64,000 nucleotides of DNA from Lytechinus pictus (lineage: Eukaryota): contig NC_087249.1 in NCBI RefSeq assembly GCF_037042905.1, positions 6,572,001 to 6,636,000 on the forward strand, read 5' to 3'. The position numbers and the translations under genes were made by a program. The notes below the pieces were generated by a model. The model worked only from the letters and a program-made list of their open reading frames with translations, was not told where the DNA came from and did not search any database. Positions 1-12,200 of this stretch are shown here, in pieces. Positions within the stretch are counted from its first letter, which is position 1. Every line of letters starts with the position of its first letter.

Positions 1-16
1 AGCTGCTAAGCCTTAC

Positions 17-232
17 TCTTCCGATTCCATCGTCGTTGTCCTGTTCCTCTCATAGAGGTCATCCTCGATGTCATCCGTCGTCAAGATTCCCTCGTCGCTA
101 ATGGCGGAGTGGACATCGTCCGTCCTCCTGATACGATTCTTCCCCTGCGATGTTGACTCCTCATTGTCCCTTCTGAGCCGTGCCTTCACGGCTGCAGGCT
201 TCACGCTTTGCTCTTTCCTCAGCAATATGCAT
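17..232 (-). CDS. MYO9: MYO9 exon 19 (216 nt), start of tail: [12 protein letters not shown]...TTTMESE
   Basis: ttacag|A ... GA|GTAAGG; phase 2-2, in frame with exon 18. Confidence 0.85.
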
Positions 233-3200
233 CTGTAATTAAACAAGGAAAAGTTGCCCTTATTATCATTCAAATTGTTGGCTGTGCTCTATTAAAAGAA
301 ATCGACAAGCGCAGCCGAGTTACTTTCAACGACTTTCAACCAATACACTTTCTCCACTCCTTGGGGAGTATTCCAGAGTATCAATAGCGAGGCATATAAT
401 ATTGAATTTTACATCCTACCAGGTACATGTACACGTACATGTAGCTATTCATTTTTTAAGATACATGTACTATATGTAGTTTATTTCTTCCACAAAGAAA
501 GCCTAATGATTTGCAAGATTTTAGCAATAGGAAATTTTGCCAAAAAGTATTAGAAGGAAATCCTGCTTGCATGCTAATTACATAAATACAAAAGATTTAA
601 AAGATATATGGTTAAATCTAAAGAACTTTGTCGCGTGATATATAGATGTGTAAATGGGAGAATGTGCCCTCTGAGGTAAACACTTATTTTATTAGAGTGA
701 AAATAAATAAACAAAATAAACAAAGGAGGAAAGGGAATGAATTGTTATTTCAAATAAACTTGTATGAATTGTAATAAAAAAGGTGGTTCACGAACCACGA
801 GTCTCCCCTGACTCCACGATCAATAAAATATGGAATATGATCTTTTGACCCCTAGATGACCTTTGACCTTATCATCCTCTCAAGAACACACATGTGGTAT
901 TACCCAATGATTATTTGTACCAAGTATAAAAACAATTAATGCAGATAAAAAGTAATGAGAGCAAGTTGAACAAAACTTGAAAAAGGATGGACATGACCTC
1001 ATATCATTTCACCTTTTGACCCCCACCTTTGACCACATCATCCTCATAAACACAGATGTGATATTACCCAAGGATCATTTGTACCAAATGTGAACATAAT
1101 TGATGCAGAAATAAAGAAATGAGTGCAAGATGAACAAAAACTTGACCTTTTGACCCTTAAATGACCTTTGACCCCATTATCCTCAACAACACTACATGCA
1201 CTATTGCCCAAGGATATTTTGGACTAAGTGTGATAAAAACTGATGCAGAAATAAATAAATGAGGGCAAGTTGAACAAGAACTTTTAAAAGGGATGAACAT
1301 GACCTCATATCATTTGACCTTTTGACCCCATCATTCTCATGCTGTCACATGTGGTATTACCAAAGGATCATATGTACCAAGTATGAACATAACTGGTGCA
1401 CAAATAAAGAAATGAAAACAAGTTGAACAAAAAATTTTGAACAAACCAATGGACTAACGGGAAAAGTGATTACTAGGTCTCGGCCGAACTTCGTTCAGGC
1501 GAGACAACAGGAAAAGTGCATGTACATGTACATGTACTAGGTCTCTGCCGAACTTCGTTCAGGCAAGACAAAAAGTGTTTAAAACAAAAAATTCAAATGA
1601 GTCAACTAACAAAGGCCAAGAAACATCTAAAATGAGATTGATCTTTTCCTAATCAATTTCAGTGAGTAACCAAAAAATAATAATTCAACAAATACATGAA
1701 AATGTGAAGGATTTAATAGAGGAATTAATCAGTTAAAAGAACTGACCGAAAAATAATATTCATCAAATAAAGGCAAAGAATGATATCATTGACAATTTAA
1801 CCAGTCTATTAGAAATTACCCTAAAAATGAAAATTTATCATATAACGGTAAAAGAATTAACCGATACTTGAAACAAATATACATAATTACCAGAAAAATC
1901 GTGCACAAGATTTCTAAATGATGTAAAAAGTTTTATGTAAGTAGGAAAGTTTTATCAAGTGAAAACATATATGAACGTGTCAACAAATAAAGGAAAAAAT
2001 ATCTAATAATGAATTATGATTAATTTCCACAAATTATTGCAAAAAATGTTCAAGAAAAACAGCAAAATTCTGACTAAAAGTTCTGTTTACATGGAGAGAG
2101 CATTACCTGAAGCAAAAATAAATCAAAATCAAATGTCAAAAAACGAAAGAGAATTCATTTGTGATTAAGAACAAATTTGCAGAAATTATAAATGATTGAA
2201 AAATGAATGCACGTATCTCATCTCCATACAGTTCAACCTGATGAAACCAATGAAGTATAAAATTGATTTACAAAGACAGGAAGCGAGGAATATTGAATAA
2301 CTCATGTTATCATGCTTTTAATACATGTAACTCGAAATCAGCAAGATAAATGTTTTGAATAATTGAAATTTCTTTATACCAGTAATACCTTTTGTACCAT
2401 ACATATTTCTTCCTGATGTTGCAACAGCAAAATTGGTTAAAAGGTAAACAAAGAATGAAAATTTTTTAACTTTTTTTGTTTAAATGACACCACAGTAATT
2501 AGCAAATATGGCTTCCATTCTTAAGATTATATGTAAAATTAACTCAACGAAAAAATGAATAAGTTTGAAGACATCAGAGACAGATAATAGATACAGGAAA
2601 ATTTCAAATAATTCATAATGTCAGAAAGGAGGATCATTCAGATTATCAGTATGCTCTCTTGTTCCAAGGCAGCCAGGGTTTTAATTCTGGAAGTTGCTAT
2701 AATATAATTTAACATTTAATGTCTGCTTTAACTGCTTATCTGTTGTATTAAATTCCTTTTAAATTGTTTTGAAATTGCTGAATAAATAATCATAATAATA
2801 ATAAATCATCAAACAAATATTTCAAGAAAGAAATAAGGTTGTTCTATTGCTACATCAAATGATAAACCAAGCACTGACGCTAGATTTTTTTTTTAATATT
2901 TGAAAATGAAAATTGTTTCACTTTTTAAGAAAAGCCAAAAAAAAAAACAGAACATAATCTGTAAATCAAAACACAATATTTGTTTAAATAAACGCTGATA
3001 CAGTTTTCAATATTTGTCACGTCAATGCCTTAATTGATATACACTGTATATTCTGTATTGCTTCATTTCAAAACCCCATGCAATTTTGCATATGTGCAAA
3101 CTTACGAAGTCCTATCTGAACATTGTCGTATTCTCCTGGGGTTTATTTTTCGCTTCCTTTACAATAAATGGACACAAAAAAAATCATTATGATGCATGGA

Positions 3201-6200
3201 CAAGAAGAAAATGAACACCTTTTGACAGGCCATTCCACCAAGTTATTTTAAAGCCAGTAAAGATCACTAATAGAGGTAAAATATCAGATCAATTCTCTAC
3301 TTATCCTTCCTGCAAAAAAAAAATATCCATCTTGCTTGTCCTTTTCTCTGGTTCCATGTTCTAGGTTTCTCTGACCTCATTCAGAACTACAATTATTGTC
3401 ATCTTGGTTTCAGATTTGATATATTTTGTTTTCTTTGGTAGTCAGTCACAATTTGAGCTACATTGTTTGTTTTTTGTGTGTTCCACCATAATTGTTTTTT
3501 TTTTGCCACAATGATTCTCTTACTGATACAGTACAAACTCTTTACAAGACTTCAGCTAAATTAACTTGGAGGGCCATGCAATTTTTTTTCCTAATTTGAA
3601 ATATTTTTGTTTTTTCATCTCCATCAATCTAACTATCTAATTCAACCCTCCTATTAAAGAACTGAATTTTGCCTGTTAGCTCCTTCATTGATGGACTTGT
3701 CCCCTTTTGCTGTTTCTTTGGGGTACTTGTCCCTTACAGACAACCAAATTTTCCCTTTAAGTTCCTTTGTTGGTGTTTTTAGCTTCCTCGATGATAAACT
3801 GGACAGGTCCCTTTTAGCTCCTACATTGATGGTCTTGTCACTTTGTCCCTTTTTACATCCTTCGTCGATGGACTTGTCCCTTTCAGTGTCTCGATCAATA
3901 GAATGACCTCTTACATGTATGCCCCTCCATGGTTGGACTTATCCCCTTTTGTCATTCTCTATATTTACCCATCCATTGGCTAGTTGGACTTGCCTCTTTC
4001 TTGCCTCGATGTCTCTTGTTCTTGACTGGAGCAGAAGGATACCCCTCCTTAATAGTCTCTGACAATTTCTCTGTTCTATCATTTTGGATTAACCTCTTTC
4101 TTGCCTTGATGCCTTTTCCTTGATCACAGCAGAAGAGTGCCCCTTTATAGTTCCTGGAAACTGCTTTGTTCTATCGATTTGGACTTACCTCTTTCTTGCC
4201 CTCATGCCTCTTGTCCTTGACTGGAGCAGAAGGATGCCCCTCTTTAGTTTCTGGTAATTCCTCAGTTCTAATGCCATCCTCCAGAAAGCTTGGATGACGA
4301 TTGCAGCCTTCCTCTGCTCGTCGTATATCCTTCTATCAAGATAACCACGCCAGTGTGCCTAAAAGATTAAGAAGATACATCAAAACTTGTATATAAAGAC
4401 TGCTCAAAGGAAGCCAGAAAATCAGTCTTTAACCCAAACTTACCTGGGGGGGGGTCCTTTTCACCCCCCTGGCCTTTTTTGTGATAAATCCGCAGTGTAA
4501 AATTTATTTTTTTTACCACACCGTTCGCTGACTTTTTACTTCCATTGAAGTCTGACATGACTTTTGAGACCAAATTTTTGAAACCTGGCTACGCACTTTA
4601 GAAATTACGCGACATGTGTGGCGTTATCATTTCACAGGTTTATTATTTCATGTCTCGCACATCCTGAGATACCAAGTTTAGGAAAATTGTTTAAATATGA
4701 AACAAAGGTTTGGCTTGCAATGATGATGATTTACTTTCCATTTGTTGTGCGGTGTGTGGTGATGATGTTGATGATGATGGTGATAATGATGATGATGATG
4801 TTGATAAAATTGATGATGANNNNNNNNNNNNNNNNNNNNNNNNNNNNNNNNNNNNNNNNNNNNNNNNNNNNNNNNNNNNNNNNNNNNNNNNNNNNNNNNN
4901 NNNNNNNNNNNNNNNNNNNNNNNNNNNNNNNNNNNNNNNNNNNNNNNNNNNNNNNNNNNNNNNNNAATATTGAGCCACATTTCTGTTAAAAACATTCAAA
5001 GGCGCAAGCTCATCCAATTAAGTTAATTACTATACATCTGCTGAAATAAGTGAGCTTTGAGACATACATGTAATCTGTAGTCCCTGATGGTGTATCATTA
5101 ACTAATACTGATTTCAACATCAATTTCAGTTGATGACACCCAAACCTGGTAGGTGTTATCTTCCTCCTCACCTGCAGTTTGATAATGGATTCCCTCGTCT
5201 CTAGGTAACGTCTCCTGGCCAGGATCCCTCGGTACCACCACTGGATCTTGCATATCCGCTGGAGCACATGGGCATGGAGCGCTTCCTGGAGCTTCACTCT
5301 CTCACTCTCTCTCAAGAAAACCTGGAGATGAAACAAAGTGTGAGGAACTAGATATTGGCTTCACAAATGAATCTGATATTACTTGGGAGGGATCATAGCT
5401 GTATGAAGGTTTGCATATTTCCAGAATCTGAGAATACAACCTCACTTGACTAAAAGTCCTAGGTATGATTTTACAATAAAAATCTTATTCCCAGGAAGAA
5501 GATCATATTCAAATAACTGTCCTGTACTTTCCTACACAGTATCACAAGGAATGCACAATTTGTATAAGGTTAAAATACATGACTGTAATTCATTTAATCA
5601 TTTAACTGCATGTACATACATGTACCATCACCATTATAATCATAATTATATTCATTGTCATAATTCCCCAGTCTCTGGGGATGAGGTCCATCCAGTGGAA
5701 ATTCCCTAGTCCTCAGAGATGATGCCAACCCACAGGAGTTGTCCAGTCCAGGGGAATGATGTCCACCAAGGGAAGTTCCCCAAGTCCCTGGGGATGATGT
5801 CCATCAGGGGGGGGGGGGGGGTGGGGAGCACCCCAGTCAAGGGGAATGAGGTCCACCACCGGAAGTTCTCCCTGTCACTGGGAATGATGTTTACTAAGAG
5901 GAGTTACCCCAGGCATCAGGGAAGATGTCCACCCAGGAAAGTTGTCACTAGTCCTTGGGGAAGTCTAGTCTACACTGGGAAGTTCCGCCAGTCCCTGGGG
6001 ATGTTGTCCTAGAGGCATCCATACTGAGGTGATGATGAGAATACTAACCTTTGATTTGCCAATCTGATAGTTGGTGTCATCCAGGTCCATCGATACAAGG
6101 AATGTCTTTATCTCTCTGGCTGAAGCCTTCATCTGCTTCGGTAGCAACACTTTGTACTTATGACAGAATTCCTACACACAAGAAGAAAAAAAACAATGAA

Positions 6201-9200
6201 AGCAAAGCAGATGAACTGTCAAGCCAAAGAGAGCATAACTGTGATGTCTAATGGGTATTAGGCAATTTATGCCATAATAAGCCTATTGAAATTTAAATAC
6301 ATGAATGTGACAACTAGTGCTGTTGTCGATAGGCCTCATATCGACATACATTGTACAAAGGATTTTCAATGTTTCTGACATGTCGACATGCACGCACCCA
6401 CATCGACATGTAAACATGAAATAAAAAGGGTCTAGCCTAAAGTCACGAGTGTAAAGCTTACCTGAAAAGTTAGAAGCATTTATCCACATTAATTGGCGCA
6501 ATTAAAAGTTTTATTTGGCTTAGCAGTGCATTAAATTAAAAAAGAATGCCTGCGAGCTGCGCGGCAGCAGAAATACGTCAGTGCGGGGCCCTAGCACGAC
6601 GATCATTTGATAGACCTCTATGCATTCTAGCGCGGTATAGCGCTAGCGAGCGTAGAATTCACCGTATCGTACCCATCTCTATTCACCGTGCTTGATAATA
6701 CGCTGCTCCTCGATGTATAACTTTTCACATAGACGTGAGCAGCAGCGAACACGTTTTTGTCAAAGTTGTGACCGCCGTAATTGAGCGCTTACTTCATTTC
6801 ACAAAGTCACAGAAAACTTACCTTCCTTCATTTGGAGATTGTTGCATTGATCGCCGCAGAAGTGGTACTGAAATTATCGATTGATTTTTATTATTTTTTA
6901 TTGTCAATTTGAGGAGCTTGCGTTACTTTGCAGCATATGTGTACCAGCGCATAATACGCAATGATCACTGTTGCAATTGGTGATTCTGAAATAGGCTCCG
7001 AGTGTTATTGCGCAATGCTTTCGAGACCGGATCGGATCTCCAGAATAAATGTGGATTAAATCAGTGATTTTGGAAGTAAATTCACTCTAGCTTAGTCAAA
7101 ATATGTTTTCCTGAACTGAGCCTGTAGTATAGATCTAGATCTAGTGTGGGGATATCACTCATGTCAAGGTGAATACATTTGACTGACAGAGTGTTATGTG
7201 CTACGATCGAATGATTGTTAGGAGCTAGGGCTAGGCTAAATTATGGTCCCCTTTTCATGTCGACATTGTCGATGTCGCGATCAATTTTTAAGCGACATGT
7301 CGACATAGATTTTTGTTCCCGACAACACAGATATCTGTACCATCACCTACTCTACTACCACAGGCCATCGCTGCCCAGTTTTCCGAAAAGGGGGAGTTAG
7401 TCTTGAAATGTACATTACAGATGATTACTAATAACTGTAAGAATAAATCAGGCTATCATTTCATTTCTAAAGAAACACTCAAATTTCTCGACAGGAAAGA
7501 ACTTGTTTAGAGTTACTTGGTAACATAATTATTGCGGTATGAATGTCATGAGAACTAAATTATTGCGTTACCATTTAATTGGGTTTGCTTTCCAACACTA
7601 CACTGCTGAGAATGATGCATTATGGGTTAGGAACCTGGCCAGATATGAGGACTTGAGGTGGCTCCTGGTTACTATTTGCTTTAAAATAGCTGCTTAAGTG
7701 GGTTTTTTTCTTGAAGGCTCAAAGACAGTGAACGTACCTCAAATTTGAGTCTGACGTTGTAGCCGGACTGCCTGATCCTGACCGTCTCCAGCATACCGGT
7801 GTAGCGTAGCTGCCTCATGATGAGCTCTTCGTCCAGACGACATGGCTCTTTCTGGGAGTTGGACTTGATGCACCGAACAAAGAAGGGATTGGCTTGGTTC
7901 AACGTATCCATCAACTTACTCAACGAAGACTGAGATGAGAGAGAAGATATTCATGGGAGGGTAATTATTAGTGAAAGACATACTATTACTGGTGAGTTGG
8001 CTCAGTTGGTAGAGCGTCCGTTTCAAGCCTTGGCCACATCAGATCAAAAGACGTTATTGGGGTTGCTGCTACTGTTTGGAGTTAAACAATCTAAGGGATG
8101 GAGCAACGTCGATCTGGCGCTGCGCAGTGTCTGCCGGGCCCAAAATTCACTGGGCAAAATGAATTTTCGAAGTGTTTCCATATCAAATTTCTATTTTGAA
8201 CAATTAATATTGATTTCAAAGACCAGAGTTACATCATTATCATGCCATGACTATGGTTGTTAGTTAATTCAATCTACAATCTACAATTTAACATCAGAAT
8301 TCAAGACATCTACACTAATGAGCCAACTGGGTTGGAGACTATTAAGGTGAAGCTGCCCAGGTCAAACTTTTTTTTTTGGTGGAGGGGGGGACTTACACAA
8401 TTATATTCAACTGAGGCAAAATTAGACTTAAAGATGTATATAACACATGCTTGTATATTCAGGGGGCCGTCTTACAAAGAGTTATGATTGATCCAATAAA
8501 TTGTATCTCTATGGAAATCCATCAGTGTCATAAATTTTTCTACAGGACATTTGCACAATGTTCTTTGTAAACAAAGAGAAGCACAGTGAATTTTTAAGAA
8601 AACAATTAATGCATCATAGATAGAAAATATTTTGACCAAACATGCATAATACATGTTGACGTTACTGGCCGTCCATACTTGTGATTGATCGGATCTATCG
8701 CAACTCTTTGTAAGACGGGGCCCTGGTCTGATGAAATACATCATCTACAGGCGATAATTCAATGGAAGGTTGACTTTGACAGAGTCTTCTGTATAAAAAA
8801 AAAATCAATTCAATTTACCTGGAACTGTGCACATACTGTCGGTGGATGTTTCTTGGATTTCCTACGATTTGGAGAGTATCGCCCAGCGATCTTCTTAACT
8901 GACTTCAGATCTCTTAGACTCTGCATCGAAGAAAAACAACAACAAAAGAAACCTTTCTAAACTATAAAGGGTGATAGACCATCATTGAAACACACATAAA
9001 AGAAATTGAGAATATAGGTATCGTCTTTGTTTGAAGACAGTGATGACTTAGACCTTGAACAGTGACATAAAGGGAAATCTGAATATCCAACTAAACAATT
9101 CACAATGAATCCCAAAGGTACTACATTTATAAATGAATCATGTAGCAAGTACACTAATGTTTGAACGATCATTCTACCTGGTGGGGGTTTCCTAAAGCTG

Positions 9201-12200
9201 TTCGTACATCTAAGTTAAAAATGACTTTAAGAACGACTGGTGATCCGTTCTTACGCACTAAATAATCACCAATGAACATTTAATGGTATCATTTACCACA
9301 AAAAGGATCACCAGTTGTTCTTGAAGTCACTCTTAACTTATGAACAGCTTTATGAAACACCCCCTGGACTATTTCCCTTTCAATTACTAATGAGATGTCG
9401 AATTATATCAAAAATTGGGGAGAGGTGGGCACTTTGGTAAAAGTGCGTTTCATAGGATTGTCAATGATTCTTAAAAAGGATGGGCATTTCTAAGTAAAGA
9501 GTTATCACTAGATATAAACACAATGCTGAAACCACTGGCAGAAATTATCCATGTTCTATCAGCATGTTAGATTTTTTCAAATTTCTTGGCTTTTTAGAGA
9601 TTATTTTAATTGGAAACTGAAAATAAGAAATCCAAAAGTAGACACAAGCAATCCAAATTCAAATATGAATTCTAGAATTTGGAACGTAAAATATGAAAAC
9701 TTGAATTTTGAATTCCAGAATATAGGACATGGAATAGGAAAAAAAATAATTGATTCAACATTCCTACATACATGTATCTATTCTATTGGCTAGTTAAAAC
9801 TGTAATATAAATGAACTGAATATTAAAGGTACATGTATCCTACAAATGAACTTAATATTTTGAAAATATCCACCCTCAATCATTATTCCTTCTTAATTGC
9901 TAAATTGATTTAGCTTACCTTTGAGGGCTGTACTTGAGCTCCACGGAATGATCGATTTCTTCTGCTCATTGGGAAAAAAATTGTAATTAAAGAGTGAATA
10001 ACCAAGTACAAATTGTGCATAGTAATTCATCAAAATATTGCTTCAATTCAGACAAATTATTTGTCTTCATATACATGTACACATTGATTACAGATCATTG
10101 TGCCACTATCCTTAGCAGATCTCTTTATAAGTTTATTTTAAAAAAAAAGACTTTTAAATCTGTGGGAGTCTTTTTTTTAGATAACTCACTGGAGGTCATA
10201 TAATGGCAATGGTTTTCAATTTGCAATCCCATGCATATTTTGTAATAAAAAATTGTTTGGGTTTTTCTCCTTGTCTTAAATTTTCAAGGATACCAAATGG
10301 TAATGCCAAAATAATCACATGTATTTCTGCAGGTTGCAGCCAGAAAATGTGTTTATATGTAACTATTAATATTGTACCAGTATTTAAAATTCTAGGCTTT
10401 AAATTCTTGTTAATCGTCTAAAGGCCAATAACAAGCAACCCCAAAACATTGAGAATCCCTAAAAAATTGGAAACTTTGTCAAATGACTGATAAAGTTTCT
10501 ACACATCATTGAGATAAAATTTAAAGTGTGTATTTCAAATCATATTCAGATTTTATTAGCAGAGCAACAGCAAATAAAGTTAAAAAGCTTTTTGGTAAAA
10601 ATTCGAATATTTTCTGCGGCAGGTGCAAAGAAGAAGTTAGTTCTTTATCAGGTGCAGGCTTTGTGGCAAGAATCATCAGCTCTGCTTGTTATGGCTTTCA
10701 ATTCTAAACCCTAAGTGCATGGAAATGTAAACGTGAAAGCTCCAAAATGAAATCGAATTTTCAACTTTATCTTTAATGATTCTAACATTGAAATTAATCT
10801 TTGTGTAATTCTTCACCTACATGTCGGGAATGAATGCATAGGTAAGACTAAGGTACATCAGGGGTGTGTCTCACAAAAAGTTTTAAATGGCTTAAAGTGA
10901 TACTTAAATGGTAATGATACACAGGAGTGAACATGATTTGACCATGATATGATGTGTAAAATGCCAAACACAACTTGAAATGTACATGTATGAGTGACTT
11001 GAAGTCACACTTTTTGTGAAACACTCCCCCACCAGGACAATGGTATGGCACTGATATTGTATGACTTGGAACAGCTACATGTATTCAAATGCATTATGGT
11101 TGTAGTCAAGATGCAGTAATCTACAACCTTGTGTGTGACATGTACATGTAAATGTAGGTTGCAAGACTACAGTACATTGCATTCCAGGACTTCAGGCACA
11201 GGGTCATTCCACTCAATATATTCATGATTTCTTCAAACAAGGTATTCATATGAGGGGAAAATTCTGGCATGCTATCACACGATATATAACAATTTTCATT
11301 CTACAAACACGTTTTGGACAAGGGAGAAGGATTAGAATTGTAATTCTTCATAACATGACTCTATCAAACAACCATAAAAATATATACATACATGTATACA
11401 GTATGTACAATGTATATGAAAAGATTAAGTTGACTGAATATCAAAGATACTGAAAAATGATATATTTTGAAACAACCCATTTGAGATAATTATTGAAATG
11501 TTTGAACAAGTTAAAATAAAATCCTTTAAAGTTATGTTTGTTATACATTATTTTCAACAATTATGAAATTATATACGAAAATGGGATATTTTGAACAAGT
11601 ATGGAAATGGAATGTTTCAACCATGGGCAAATGTACAATTTTTTTGTGTGAAATTTTTATAGCCAAAAGTATGTAAAGGTGATATAATGTTGATGTAAAT
11701 GCACAACATGAAGGGCAGTCAAGTTATGTCGGAGGAGAGAACAAGAAAGCTGGGAAGATTTAATTTTCTTTCATTGCCATGCTTATTTCAATGTGGTAGA
11801 AAGACTTTTGTCTCAGAAACAGATATAAAAACAAATATTTGCCTACTCCGTAAACCTTATTGGTAAATCATAACACCTCTGTGACTTGTGTAACTATTGC
11901 TGACTCATGCAATACGAAACTGGTAACAGATTTCCCATATTTGTAAAGATACAAATTTTTGAAAGGCTCATAACCCAGTTCCAGATTATTTTTTCTCAAC
12001 CTTTATACTTAATACCACCAATGTAATTTCATCTATTTGAGAAAAAGAATGAAGGCATGCTTTTACAGGTAAATTAATTTTCATGCTCTATAATTAATAA
12101 GACTGGCAAGAGTAGCAAAAAAATTCTTGTCAATACTATATTTTGTTGAAAGACAAACAAAAATATCTTTGGTGAAGTAAGCGTTTGCCTACTTAAGCTT

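Noticed and set aside
4618-5017. ORFs rich in His/Met/Ser/Asp
   Set aside because: Translations of a (GAT)n microsatellite and an N gap
10600-10720. Extra loop-2 exon after a good-looking acceptor
   Set aside because: Stops in all three frames before any usable donor
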